A DNA stretch of 64,000 bases from the human T2T-CHM13v2.0 reference genome, Homo sapiens. This document shows, piece after piece, positions 23,833 through 38,604 of the stretch (position 1 is the stretch's first letter; every line of letters begins with the position of its first letter). Position numbers and translations under genes: made by a program. Below the pieces are notes generated by a model. It had not been told where the DNA came from, made no database searches, and saw only the letters and a program-made list of their open reading frames with translations. The stretch lies in the NCBI RefSeq assembly GCF_009914755.1, contig NC_060946.1. The stretch is one strand, 5' to 3'.

Positions 23833-25738
23833 CTAGGATGTGCCTAAATTAACTTTTTGACATAACCCTGTACTGATCATCCAGGTGATGGAGCTTTTGT
23901 CTAGGCTCTGCCTAAGGGGGCATTGTGACATATTTCTGCATTGATCCCCCAGGTGGCGAACTCTTCTCTCGGATCTGCCTATGGGGGCATTGTGAGAAAT
24001 CTCTGCACTGATCACCCAGGTGATGTAACTGTTGTGTAACCTCTGCCTACAGGGGAATTGTGAGAAATCTCGCCACTGATTACCCAAGTGATGTAACCGT
24101 TGTCTAGGCTTTGCGTACAGGGGGCTTTGTGACATACCTTTGCACTGATCACCCAGGTGATGTAACACATCGAAGTTCGGCCTAAAGGAGCTTTGTGACA
24201 TATCTCTGCACTGATCGCTTAGGTGATGTAACAATTTTATAATCACTGCCTACAGGGAATTTTGACAAATGTCTGCACTGATCACCTAGGTGATGTAACT
24301 CTTGTCTACCCTCTGTCCAACGGGGCATTGTGAAATATCTCTGCACTGATCACCCAGGTGATTCAACTCTTGACTAGGAACTGCCTACAGAGGTTATTGT
24401 GAAATATCTCTGCACTGATAAACTAGGTGGTGTAAACCTTGTCCAAACTCTGCCTACAGGGGCGTTTCCACATATCCCTGAACTGATGACAGAGGTGATG
24501 TAACTCTTGCCTAGGCTTTGCCTACAGGGAACATTGGACATATATCTGCACTGATCACCCAGGTGATGCAACTCTTGCCTAGGCTTTGCCTACAGGGGAC
24601 ATTGTGACATATCTCTTCAATGATCACTCATGTGATGCATCTCTTGCCTAGGCTTTGCCTACAGGGGACATTTTGACATATCTCTGCACTGATCTCCCAG
24701 GTGCTGTAACTTTAGTCTAGGCTCTGGCTACACGGCATTGTGACATATCACTGCACTGATCAACCAGGTGATATAACTCTTGTATAGGCTCTGCCTACAG
24801 GGGGATTGTGACCTACCTCTGCACTGATCACCCAGGTGATATAACTCTTCTCTAGGATCTTCCTACAGGGTACTTTGCGACATATCCCTGCACTGATCAC
24901 CCAGGTGATCTATCTCTGGTCTAAGCTCTGCCTAAAGGGGCATTGTGACAGATCTCTGCACTGATCACTCAGGTGATGTAAGTATTGTCTAGGCTCTGCT
25001 TCAAGGGGCCTTGTCACATATCTCTGCACTGATCACCCAGGTGATGTAACTCTTGTCTAGGCTCTGTTTCCAGGGCATATTGTGACCTATCTATGCACTG
25101 ATCACCTTAGTGATGTGACACTTTGGTAGGCTCGGCCTACAGGGGAATCTTGACATATCTCAGCACTGTTAACCGAGGTGATTTAACTCTTGTCTAGGCT
25201 GTGCCCACAGGGGGATTGAGACATAACCCTGCACTGATCCCGAGGTGATACAACTCTTGCCTGGTCTCTGCCTACTGTGGACATTGTGACATATCTCTGC
25301 ACTGATCTCCCAGGTGCTGTAACTTTAGTCTAGGCTCTGGCTACACGGCATTGTGACATATCACTGCACAGATCAGCCAGGCGATATAACTGTTCTCTAG
25401 GATCTGACCACAGGGTGCTTTGTGACATATCCCTGCAATGATCACCCAGGTGATATACCACTTGCCAAGGCTCTGCCTACAGGGGCATTGCAATGTATCT
25501 CTGCACTGATCACCTAGGTCTTGTAGCTATTTTCTAGGATCTGCCTACAGGGTGCTTTGGGACGTGTCCCAGCAAGGATTACCCAGGTGATGTACCTCTC
25601 ATCAAGGCTCTGCCTACAGGCACATTGTGATGTATCTCTGCACTGATCACCTCGGTCATGTAACTTTTTTCTAGGCTCTACCTACGAAGGCATTGTGACA
25701 TATCTCTGCACTAATCATCCAAGTGATGTAACTCTTGT
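23833..25738. repeat. Canonical HOR unit (1906 bp)
   Basis: Landmarks at 23833 and 25739. Confidence 0.92.
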
Positions 25739-27305
25739 CTAGGATGTGCCTAAATTAACTTTTTGACATAACCCTGTACTGATCATCCAGGTGATGGAGC
25801 TTTTGTCTAAGCTCTGCCTAAGGGGGCGTTGTGACATATTTCTGCATTGATCACCCAGGTGGCGAACCTTCTCTCGGATCTGCCTATGGGGGCATTGTGA
25901 GAAATCTCTGCACTGATCACCCAGATGATTCAACTCTTGACTAGGAACTGCCTACAGAGGTTATTGTGAAATATCTCTGCACTGATAAACTAGGTGGTGT
26001 AACCCTTGTCCAAGTTCTGCCTACAGGGGCGTTTCCACATATCCCTGAACTGATGACAGAGGTGATGTAACTCTTGCCTAGGCTTTGCCTACAGGGAACA
26101 TTGGACATATATCTGCACTGATCACCCAGGTGATGCAACTCTTGCCTAGGCTTTGCCTACAGGGGACATTGTGACATATCTCTTCAATGATCACTCATGT
26201 GATGCATCTCTTGCCTAGGCTTTGCCTACAGGAGACATTGTGACATATCTCTGCACTGATCTCCCAGGTGCTGTAACTTTAGTCTAGGCTCTGGCTACAC
26301 GGCATTGTGACATATCACTGCACTGATCAACCAGGTGATATAACTCTTGTATAGGCTCTGCCTAAAGGGGGATTGTGACCTACCTCTGCACTGATCACCC
26401 AGGTGATATAACTCTTCTCTAGGATCTTCCTACACGGTACTTTGTGACATATCCCTGCACTGATCACCCATGTGATCTATCTCTGGTCTAAGCTCTGCCT
26501 AAAGGGGCTTTGTGACAGATCTCTGCACTGATCACTCAGGTGATGTAAGTATTGTCTAGGCTCTGCTTCAAGGGGCCTTGTCACATATCTCTGCACTGAT
26601 CACCCAGGTGATGTAACTCTTGTCTAGGCTCTGCTTCCAGGGCATATTGTGACATATCTATGCACTGATCACCTTAGTGATGTAACACTTTTGTAGGCTC
26701 GGCCTACAGGGGAATCTTGACATATCTCTGCACTGTTAACCGAGGTGATTTAACTCTTGTCTAGGCTGTGCCCACAGGGGGATTGAGACATATCTCTGCA
26801 CTGATCCCGAGGTGATACAACTCTTGCCTGGTCTCGGCCTACTGTGGACATTGTGACATATCTCTGCACTGATCTCCCAGGTGCTGTAACTTTAGTCTAG
26901 GGTCTGGCTACACGGCATTGTGGCATATCACTGCACTGATCACCCAGGCGATATAACTCTTCTCTAGGATCTGACCACAGGGTGCTTTGTGACATATCCC
27001 TGCAATGATCACCCAGGTGATATACCACTTGCCAAGGCTCTGCCTACAGGGGCATTGCAATGTATCTCTGCACTGATCACCTAGGTCTTGTAGCTATTTT
27101 CTAGGATCTGCCTACAGGGTGCCTTGTGACGTGTCCCAGCAAGGATTACCCAGGTGATGTACCTCTCATCAAGGCTCTGCCTACAGGCACATTGTGATGT
27201 ATCTCTGCACTGATCACCTAGGTCATGTAACCTTTTTCTAAGCTCTACCTACGATGGCATTGTGACATATCTCTGCACTAATCATCCAAGTGATGTAACT
27301 CTTGT
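25739..27305. repeat. Truncated HOR, 23-mer (1567 bp; 5 monomers / 338 bp plus 1 bp missing)
   Basis: Landmark spacing 25739 to 27306. The junction near 25904-25929 reads ...GAGAAATCTCTGCACTGATCACCCAGATGATTCAACTC. Confidence 0.92.
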
Positions 27306-30300
27306 CTAGGATGTGCCTAAATTAACTTTTTGACATAACCCTGTACTGATCATCCAGGTGATGGAGCTTTTGTCTAGGCTCTGCCTAAGGGGGCATTGTG
27401 ACATATTTCTGCATTGATCCCCCAGGTGGCGAAATCTTCTCTCGGATCTGCCTATGGGGGCATTGTGAGAAATCTCTGCACTGATCACCCAGGTGATGTA
27501 ACTGTTGTGTAACCTCTGCCTACAGGGGAATTGTGAGAGATCTCGCCACTGATTACCCAAGTGATGTAACCGTTGTCTGGGCTTTGCGTACAGGGGGCCT
27601 TGTGACATACCTTTGCACTGATCACCCAGGTGATGTAACACATCTAAGTTCGGCCTAAAGGAGCTTTGTGACATATCTCTGCACTGATCGCTTAGGTGAT
27701 GTAACACTTTTATAATCACTGCCTACAGGGAATTTTGACAAATGTCTGCACTGATCACCTAGGTGATGTAACTCTTGTCTACCCTCTGTCCAACGGGGCA
27801 TTGTGAAATATCTCTGCACTGATCACCCAGGTGATTCAACTCTTGACTAGGAACTGCCTACAGAGGTTATTGTGAAATATCTCTGCACTGATAAACTAGG
27901 TGGTGTAACCCTTGTCCAAGCTCTGCCTACAGGGGCGTTTCCACATATCCCTGAACTGATGACAGAGGTGATGTAACTCTTGCCTAGGCTTTGCCTACAG
28001 GGAACATTGGACATATATCTGCACTGATCACCCAGGTGATGCAACTCTTGCCTAGGCTTTGCCTACAGGGGACATTGTGACATATCTCTTCAATGATCAC
28101 TCATGTGATGCATCTCTTGCCTAGGCTTTGCCTACAGGGGACATTTTGACATATCTCTGCACTGATCTCCCAGGTGCTGTAACTTTAGTCTAGGCTCTGG
28201 CTACACGGCATTGTGACATATCACTGCACTGATCAACCAGGTGATATAACTCTTGTATAGGCTCTGCCTACAGGGGGATTGTGACCTACCTCTGCACTGA
28301 TCACCGAGGTGATATTACTCTTCTCTAGGATCTTCCTACAGGGTACTTTGTGACATATCCCTGCACTGATCACCCAGGTGATCTATCTCTGGTCTAAGCT
28401 CTGCCTAAAGGGGCATTGTGACAGATCTCTGCACTGATCACTCAGGTGATGTAAGTATTGTCTAGGCTCTGCTTCAAGGGGCCTTGTCACATATCTCTGC
28501 ACTGATCACCCAGGTGATGTTACTCTTGTCTAGGCTCTGCTTCCAGGGCATATTGTGACATATCTATGCACTGATCACCTTAGTGATGTAACACTTTTGT
28601 AGGCTCGGCCTACAGGGGAATCTTGACATATCTCTGCACTGTTAACCGAGGTGATTTAACTCTTGTCTAGGCTGTGCCCACAGGGGGATTGAGACATATC
28701 TCTGCACTGATCCCGAGGTGATACAACTCTTGCCTGGTCTCTGCCTACTGTGGACATTGTGACATATCTCTGCACTGATCTCCCAGGTGCTGTAACTTTA
28801 GTCTAGGCTCTGGCTACACGGCATTGTGACATATCACTGCACTGATCACCCAGACGATATAACTCTTCTCTAGGATCTGACCACATTGTGCTTTGTGACA
28901 TATCCCTGCAATGATCACCCAGGTGATATACCACTTGCCAAGGCTCTGCCTACAGGGGCATTGCAATGTATCTCTGCACTGATCACCTAGGTCTTGTAGC
29001 TATTTTCTAGGATCTGCCTACAGGGTGCTTTGTGACGTGTCCCAGCAAGGATTACCCAGGTGATGTACCTCTCATCATGGCTCTGCCTACAGGCACATTG
29101 TGATGTATCTCTGCACTGATCACCTAGGTCATGTAAATTTTGTCTAGGCTCTACCTACGATGGCATTGTGACATATCTCTGCACTAATCATCCAAGTGAT
29201 GTAACTCTTGTCTAGGATGTGCCTAAATTAACTTTTTGACATAACCCTGTACTGATCATCCAGGTGATGGAGCTTTTGTCTAGGCTCTGCCTAAGGGGGC
29301 ATTGTGACATATTTCTGCATTGATCCCCCAGGTGGCGAAATCTTCTCTCGGATCTGCCTATGGGGGCATTGTGAGAAATCTCTGCACTGATCACCCAGGT
29401 GATGTAACTGTTGTGTAACCTCTGCCTACAGGGGAATTGTGAGAGATCTCGCCACTGATTACCCAAGTGATGTAACCGTTGTCTGGGCTTTGCGTACAGG
29501 GGGCCTTGTGACATACCTTTGCACTGATTACGCAGGTGATGTAACACATCTAAGTTCGGCCTAAAGGAGCTTTGTGACATATCTCTGCACTGATCGCTTA
29601 GGTGATGTAACACTTTTATAATCACTGCCTACAGGGAATTTTGACAAATGTCTGCACTGATCACCTAGGTGATGTAACTCTTGTCTACCCTCTGTCCAAC
29701 GGGGCATTGTGAAATATCTCTGCACTGATCACCCAGGTGATTCAACTCTTGACTAGGAACTGCCTACAGAGGTTATTGTGAAATATCTCTGCACTGATAA
29801 ACTAGGTGGTGTAACCCTTGTCCAAGCTCTGCCTACAGGGGCGTTTCCACATATCCCTGAACTGATGACAGAGGTGATGTAACTCTTGCCTAGGCTTTGC
29901 CTACAGGGAACATTGGACATATATCTGCACTGATCACCCAGGTGATGCAACTCTTGCCTAGGCTTTGCCTACAGGGGACATTGTGACATATCTCTTCAAT
30001 GATCACTCATGTGATGCATCTCTTGCCTAGGCTTTGCCTACAGGGGACATTTTGACATATCTCTGCACTGATCTCCCAGGTGCTGTAACTTTAGTCTAGG
30101 CTCTGGCTACACGGCATTGTGACATATCACTGCACTGATCAACCAGGTGATATAACTCTTGTATAGGCTCTGCCTACAGGGGGATTGTGACCTACCTCTG
30201 CACTGATCACCGAGGTGATATTACTCTTCTCTAGGATCTTCCTACAGGGTACTTTGTGACATATCCCTGCACTGATCACCCAGGTGATCTATCTCTGGTC

Positions 30301-33300
30301 TAAGCTCTGCCTAAAGGGGCATTGTGACAGATCTCTGCACTGATCACTCAGGTGATGTAAGTATTGTCTAGGCTCTGCTTCAAGGGGCCTTGTCACATAT
30401 CTCTGCACTGATCACCCAGGTGATGTTACTCTTGTCTAGGCTCTGCTTCCAGGGCATATTGTGACATATCTATGCACTGATCACCTTAGTGATGTAACAC
30501 TTTTGTAGGCTCGGCCTACAGGGGAATCTTGACATATCTCTGCACTGTTAACCGAGGTGATTTAACTCTTGTCTAGGCTGTGCCCACAGGGGGATTGAGA
30601 CATATCTCTGCACTGATCCCGAGGTGATACAACTCTTGCCTGGTCTCTGCCTACTGTGGACATTGTGACATATCTCTGCACTGATCTCCCAGGTGCTGTA
30701 ACTTTATTCTAGGCTCTGGCTACACGGCATTGTGACATATCACTGCACTGATCACCCAGACGATATAACTCTTCTCTAGGATCTGACCACATTGTGCTTT
30801 GTGACATATCCCTGCAATGATCACCCAGGTGATATACCACTTGCCAAGGCTCTGCCTACAGGGGCATTGCAATGTATCTCTGCACTGATCACCTAGGTCT
30901 TGTAGCTATTTTCTAGGATCTGCCTACAGGGTGCTTGGTGACGTGTCCCAGCAAGGATTACCCAGGTGATGTACCTCTCATCATGGCTCTGCCTACAGGC
31001 ACATTGTGATGTATCTCTGCACTGATCACCTAGGTCATGTAAATTTTGTCTAGGCTCTACCTACGATGGCATTGTGACATATCTCTGCACTAATCATCCA
31101 AGTGATGTAACCCTTGTCTAGGATGTGCCTAAATTAACTTTTTGACATAACCCTGTACTGATCATCCAGGTGATGGAGCTTTTGTCTAGGCTCTGCCTAA
31201 GGGGGCATTGTGACATATTTCTGCATTGATCCCCCAGGTGGCGAACTCTTCTCTCGGATCTGCCTATGGGGGCATTGAGAGAAATCTCTGCACTGATCAC
31301 CCAGGTGATGTAACTGTTGTGTAACCTCTGCCTACAGGGGAATTGTGAGAGATCTCGCCACTGATTACCCAAGTGATGTAACCGTTGTCTAGGCTTTGCG
31401 TACAGGGGGCTTTGTGACATACCTTTGCACTGATCACCCAGGTGATGTAACACATCTAAGTTCGGCCTAAAGGAGCTTTGTGACATATCTCTGCACTGAT
31501 CGCTTAGGTGATGTAACACTTTTATAATCACTGCCTACAGGGAATTTTGACAAATGTCTGCACTGATCACCTAGGTGATGTAACTCTTGTCTACCCTCTG
31601 TCCAACGGGGCATTGTGAAATATCTCTGCACAAATCACCCAGGTGATTCAACTCTTGACTAGGCACTGCCTACAGAGGTTATTGTGAAATATCTCTGCAC
31701 TGATAAACTAGGTGGTGTAACCCTTGTCCAAGCTCTGCCTACAGGGGCGTTTCCACATATCCCTGAACTGATGACAGAGGTGATGTAACTCTTGCCTAGG
31801 CTTTGCCTACAGGGAACATTGGACATATATCTGCACTGATCACCCAGGTGATGCAACTCTTGCCTAGGCTTTGCCTACAGGGGACATTGTGACATATCTC
31901 TTCAATGATCACTCATGTGATGCATCTCTTGCCTAGGCTTTGCCTACAGGGGACATTGTGACATATCTCTGCACTGATCTCCCAGGTGCTGTAACTTTAG
32001 ACTAGGCTCTGGCTACACGGCATTGTGACATATCACTGCACTGATCAACCTGGTGATATAACTATTGTATAGGATCTGCCTATAGGGGGATTGTGACCTA
32101 CCTCTGCACTGATCACCCAGGTGATATAACTCTTCTCTAGGATCTTCCTACAGGGTACTTTGTGACATATCCCTGCACTGATCACCCAGGTGATCTATCT
32201 CTGGTCTAAGATCTGCCTAAAGGGGCTTTGTGACAGATCTCTGCACTGATCACTCAGGTGATGTAAGTATTGTCTAGGCTCTGCTTCAAGGGGCCTTGTC
32301 ACATATCTCTGCACTGATCACCCAGGTGATGGAACTCTTGTCTAGGCTCTGCTTCCAGGGCATATTGTGACATATCTATGCACTGATCACCTTAGTGATG
32401 TAACACTTTGGTAGGCTCGGCCTACAGGGGAATCTTGACATATCTCTGCACTGTTAACCGAGGTGATTTAACTCTTGTCTAGGCTGTGCCCACAGGGGGA
32501 TTGAGACATATCTCTGCACTGATCCCGAGGTGATACAACTCTTGCCTGGTCTCTGCCTACTGTGGACATTGTGACATATCTCTGCACTGATCTCCCAGGT
32601 GCTGTAACTTTAGTCTAGGCTCTGGCTACACGGCATTGTGACATATCACTGCACTGATCACCCAGACGATATAACTCTTCTCTAGGATCTGACCACATTG
32701 TGCTTTGTGACATATCCCTGCAATGATCACCCAGGTGATATACCACTTGCCAAGGCTCTGCCTACAGGGACATTGCAATGTATCTCTGCACTGATCACCT
32801 AGGTCTTGTAGCTATTTTCTAGGATCTGCCTACAGGGTGCTTTGTGACGTGTCCCAGCAAGGATTACCCAGGTGATGTACCTCTCATCAAGGCTCTGCCT
32901 ACAGGCACATTGTGATGTATCTCTGCACTGACCACCTAGGTCATGTAAATTTTGTCTAGGCTCTACCTACGATGGCATTGTGACATATCTCTGCACTAAT
33001 CATCCAAGTGATGTAACTCTTGTCTAGGATGTGCCTAAATTAACTTTTTGACATAACCCTGTACTGATCATCCAGGTGATGGAGCTTTTGTCTAGGCTCT
33101 GCCTAAGGGGGCATTGTGACATATTTCTGCATTGATCCCCCAGGTGGCGAACTCTTCTCTCGGATCTGCCTATGGGGGCATTGTGAGAAATCTCTGCACT
33201 GATCACCCAGGTGATGTAACTGTTGTGTAACCTCTGCCTACAGGGGAATTGTGAGAGATCTCGCCACTGATTACCCAAGTGATGTAACCGTTGTCTAGGC

Positions 33301-36300
33301 TTTGCGTACAGGGGGCTTTGTGACATACCTTTGCACTGATCACCCAGGTGATGTAACACATCTAAGTTCGGCCTAAAGGAGCTTTGTGACATATCTCTGC
33401 ACTGATCGCTTAGGTGATGTAACACTTTTATAATCACTGCCTACAGGGAATTTTGACAAATCTCTGCACTGATCACCTAGGTGATGTAACTCTTGTCTAC
33501 CCTCTGTCCAACGGGGCATTGTGAAATATCTCTGCACAGATCACCCAGGTGATTCAACTCTTGACTAGAAACTGCCTACAGAGGATATTGTGAAATATCT
33601 CTGCACTGATAAACTAGGTGGTGTAACCCTTGTCCAAGCTCTGCCTACAGGGGCGTTTCCACATATCCCTGAACTGATGACAGAGGTGATGTAACTCTTG
33701 CCTAGGCTTTGCCTACAGGGAACATTGGACATATATCTGCACTGATCACCCAGGTGATGCAACTCTTGCCTAGGCTTTGCCTACAGGGGACATTGTGACA
33801 TATCTCTTCAATGATCACTCATGTGATGCATCTCTTGCCTAGGCTTTGCCTACAGGGGACATTGTGACATATCTCTGCACTGATCTCCCAGGTGCTGTAA
33901 CTGTAGTCTAGGCTCTGGCTACACGGCATTGTGACATATCACTGCACTGATCAACCAGGTGATATAAGTCTTGTATAGGCTCTGCCTACAGGGGGATTGT
34001 GACCTACCTCTGCACTGATCACCCAGGTGATATAACTCTTCTCTAGGATCTTTCTACAGGGTACTTTGTGACATATCCCTGCACTGATCACCCAGGTGAT
34101 CTATCTCTGGTCTAAGCTCTGCCTAAAGGGGCTTTGTGACAGATCTCTGCACTGATCACTCAGGTGATGTAAGTATTGTCTAGGCTCTGCTTCAAGGGGC
34201 CTTGTCACATATCTCTGCACTGATCACCCAGGTGATGTAACTCTTGTCTAGGCTCTGCTTCCAGGGCATATTGTGACATATCTATGCACTGATCACCTTA
34301 GTGATGTAACACTTTTGTAGGCTCGGCCTACAGGGGAATCTTGACATATCTCTGCACTGTTAACCGAGGTGATTTAACTCTTGTCTAGGCTGTGCCCACA
34401 GGGGGATTGAGACATATCTCTGCACTGATCCCGAGGTGATACAACTCTTGCCTGGTCTCGGCCTACTGTGGACATTGTGACATATCTCTGCACTGATCTC
34501 CCAGGTGCTGTAACTTTAGTCTAGGGTCTGGCTACACGGCATTGTGACATATCACTGCACTGATCACCCAGGCGATATAACTCTTCTCTAGGATCTGACC
34601 ACAGGGTGCTTTGTGACATATCCCTGCAATGATCACCCAGGTGATATACCACTTGCCAAGGCTCTGCCTACAGGGGCATTGCAATGTATCTCTGCACTGA
34701 TCACCTAGGTCTTGTAGCTATTTTCTAGGATCTGCCTACAGGGTGCCTTGTGACGTGTCCCAGCAAGGATTACCCAGGTGATGTACCTCTCATCAAGCCT
34801 CTGCCTACAGGCACATTGTGATGTATCTCTGCACTGATCACCTAGGTCATGTAACCTTTTTCTAGGCTCTACCTACGATGGCATTGTGACATATCTCTGC
34901 ACTAATCATCCAAGTGATGTAACTCTTGTCTAGGATGTGCCTAAATTAACTTTTTGACATAACCCTGTACTGATCATCCAGGTGATGGAGCTTTTGTCTA
35001 GGCTCTGCCTAAGGGGGCATTGTGACATATTTCTGCATTGATCCCCCAGGTGGCGAACTCTTCTCTCGGATCTGCCCATGGGGGCATTGTGAGAAATCTC
35101 TGCACTGATCACCCAGGTGATGTAACTGTTGTGTAACCTCTGCCTACAGGGGAATTGTGAGAGATCTCGCCACTGATTACCCAAGTGATGTAACCGTTGT
35201 CTAGGCTTTGCGTACAGGGGGCTTTGTGACATACCTTTGCACTGATCACCCAGGTGATGTAACACATCTAAGTTCGGCCTAAAGGAGCTTTGTGACATAT
35301 CTCTGCACTGATCGCTTAGGTGATGTAACACTTTTATAATCACTGCCTACAGGGAATTTTGACAAATGTCTGCACTGATCTCCTAGGTGATGTAACTCTT
35401 GTCTACCCTCTGTCCAACGGGGCATTGTGAAATATCTCTGCACAGATCACCCAGGTGATTCAACTCTTGACTAGGAACTGCCTACAGAGGTTATTGTGAA
35501 ATATCTCTGCACTGATAAACTAGGTGGTGTAACCCTTGTCCAAGCTCTGCCTACAGGGGCGTTTCCACATATCCCTGAACTGATGACAGAGGTGATGTAA
35601 CTCTTGCCTAGGCTTTGCCTACAGGGAACATTGGACATATATCTGCACTGATCACCCAGGTGATGCAACTCTTGCCTAGGCTTTGCCTACAGGGGACATT
35701 GTGACATATCTCTTCAATGATCACTCATGTGATGCATCTCTTGCCTAGGCTTTGCCTACAGGGGACATTGTGACATATCTCTGCACTGATCTCCCAGGTG
35801 CTGTAACTTTAGTCTAGGCTCTGGCTACACGGCATTGTGACATATCACTGCACTGATCAACCAGGTGATATAATTCTTGTATAGGCTCTGCCTACAGGGG
35901 GATTGTGACCTACCTCTGCACTGATCACCCAGGTGATATAACTCTTCTCTTGGATCTTCCTACAGGGTACTTTGTGACATATCCCTGCACTGATCACCCA
36001 TGTGATCTATCTCTGGTCTAAGCTCTGCCTAAAGGGGCTTTGTGACAGATCTCTGCACTGATCACTCAGGTGATGTAAGTATTGTCTAGGCTCTGCTTCA
36101 AGGGGCCTTGTCACATATCTCTGCACTGATCACCCAGGTGATGTAACTCTTGTCTAGGCTCTGCTTCCAGGGCATATTGTGACATATCTATGCACTGATC
36201 ACCTTAGTGATGTAACACTTTGGTAGGCTCGGCCTACAGGGGAATCTTGACATATCTCTGCACTGTTAACCGAGGTGATTTAACTCTTGTCTAGGCTGTG

Positions 36301-36835
36301 CCCACAGGGGGATTGAGACATATCTCTGCAATGATCCCGAGGTGATACAACTCTTGCCTGGTCTCTGCCTACTGTGGACATTGTGACATATCTCTGCACT
36401 GATCTCCCAGGTGCTGTAACTTTAGTCTAGGCTCTGGCGACACGGCATTGTGACATATCACTGCACTGATCACCCAGACGATATAACTCTTCTCTAGGAT
36501 CTGACCACAGGGTGCTTTGTGACATATCCCTGCAATGATCACCCAGGTGATATACCACATGCCAAGGCTCTGCCTACAGGGGCATTGCAATGTATCTCTG
36601 CACTGATCACCTAGGTCTTGTAGCTATTTTCTAGGATCTGCCTACAGGGTGCTTTGTGACGTGTCCCAGCAAGGATTACCCAGGTGATGTACCTCTCATC
36701 AAGGCTCTGCCTACAGGCACATTGTGATGTATCTCTGCACTGATCACCTAGGTCATGTAAATTTTGTCTAGGCTCTACCTACGATGGCATTGTGACATAT
36801 CTCTGCACTAATCATCCAAGTGATGTAACTCTTGT
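27306..36835. repeat. Five canonical HOR units (1906 bp each)
   Basis: Landmarks at 27306, 29212, 31118, 33024, 34930 and 36836. Confidence 0.93.
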
Positions 36836-38604
36836 CTAGGATGTGCCTAAATTAACTTTTTGACATAACCCTGTACTGATCATCCAGGTGATGGAGCTTT
36901 TGTCTAGGCTCTTCCTAAGGGGGCATTGTGACATATTTCTGCATTGATCCCCCAGGTGGCGAACTCTTCTCTCGGATCTGCCTATGGGGGCATTGTGAGA
37001 AATCTCTGCACTGATCACCCAGGTGATGTAACTGTTGTGTAACCTCTGCCTACAGGGGAATTGTGAGAGATCTCGCCACTGATTACCCAAGTGATGTAAC
37101 CGTTGTCTAGGCTTTGCGTACAGGGGGCTTTGTGACATACCTTTGCACTGATCACCCAGGTGATGTAACACATCTAAGTTCGGCCTAAAGGAGCTTTGTG
37201 ACATATCTCTGCACTGATCGCTTAGGTGATGTAACACTTTTATAATCACTGCCTACAGGGAATTTTGACAAATGTCTGCACTGATCACCTAGGTGATGTA
37301 ACTCTTGTCTACCCTCTGTCCAACGGGGCATTGTGAAATATCTCTGCACAAATCACCCAGGTGATTCAACTCTTGACTAGGAACTGCCTACAGAGGTTAT
37401 TGTGAAATATCTCTGCACTGATAAACTAGGTGGTGTAACCCTTGTCCAAGCTCTGCCTACAGGGGCGTTTCCACATATCCCTGAACTGATGAGAGAGGTG
37501 ATGTAACTCTTGCCTAGGCTTTGCCTACAGGGAACATTGGACATATATCTGCACTGATCACCCAGGTGATGCAACTCTTGCCTAGGCTTTGCCTACAGGG
37601 TACATTGTGACATATCTCTTCAATGATCACTCATGTGCTGCATCTCTTGCCTAGGCTTTGCCTACAGGGGACATTGTGAAATATCTCGGCACTGATCTCC
37701 CAGGTGCTGTAACTTTAGTCTAGGCTCTGGCTACACGGCATTGTGACATATCACTGCACTGATCAACCTGGTGATATAACTCTTGTATAGGCTCTGCCTA
37801 CAGGGGGATTGTGACCTACCTCTGCACTGATCACCCAGGTGATATAACTCTTCTCTAGGATCTTCCTACAGGGTACTTTGTGACATATCCCTGCACTGAT
37901 CACCCAGGTGTTCTATCTCTGGTCTAAGCTCTGCCTAAAGGGGCATTGTGAGAGATCTCTGCACTGATCACTCAGGTGATGTAAGTATTGTCTAGGCTCT
38001 GCTTCAAGGGGCCTTGTCACATATCTCTGCACTGATCACCCAGGTGATGTAACTCTTGTCTAGGCTGCGCCCACAGGGGGATTGAGACATATCTCTGCAC
38101 TGATCCCGAGGTGATACAACTCTTGCCTGGTCTCGGCCTACTGTGGACATTGTGACATATCTCTGCACTGATCTCCCAGGTTCTGTAACTTTAGTCTAGG
38201 CTCTGGCTACACGGCATTGTGACATATCACTGCACTGATCACCCAGGCGATATAACTCTTCTCTAGGATCTGACCACAGGGTGCTTTGTGATATATCCCT
38301 GCAATGATCACCCAGGTGATATACCACTTGCCAAGGCTCTGCCTACAGGGGCATTGCAATGTATCTCTGCACTGATCACTTAGGTCTTGTAGCTATTTTC
38401 TAGGATCTGCCTACAGGGTGCCTTGTGACGTGTCCCAGCAAGGATTACCCAGGTGATGTACCTCTCATCAAGGCTCTGCCTACAGGCACATTGTGATGTA
38501 TCTCTGCACTGATCACCTAGGTCATGTAACCTTTTTCTAGGCTCTACCTACGATGGCATTGTGACATATCTCTGCACTAATCATCCAAGTGATGTAACTC
38601 TTGT
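36836..38604. repeat. Truncated HOR, 26-mer (1769 bp; 2 monomers / 137 bp missing)
   Basis: Landmark spacing 36836 to 38605. The junction lies in TAACTCTTGTCTAGGCT at about 38050-38066, and the CACCTTAGTG and GTTAACCGAGG motifs are absent. Confidence 0.92.
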
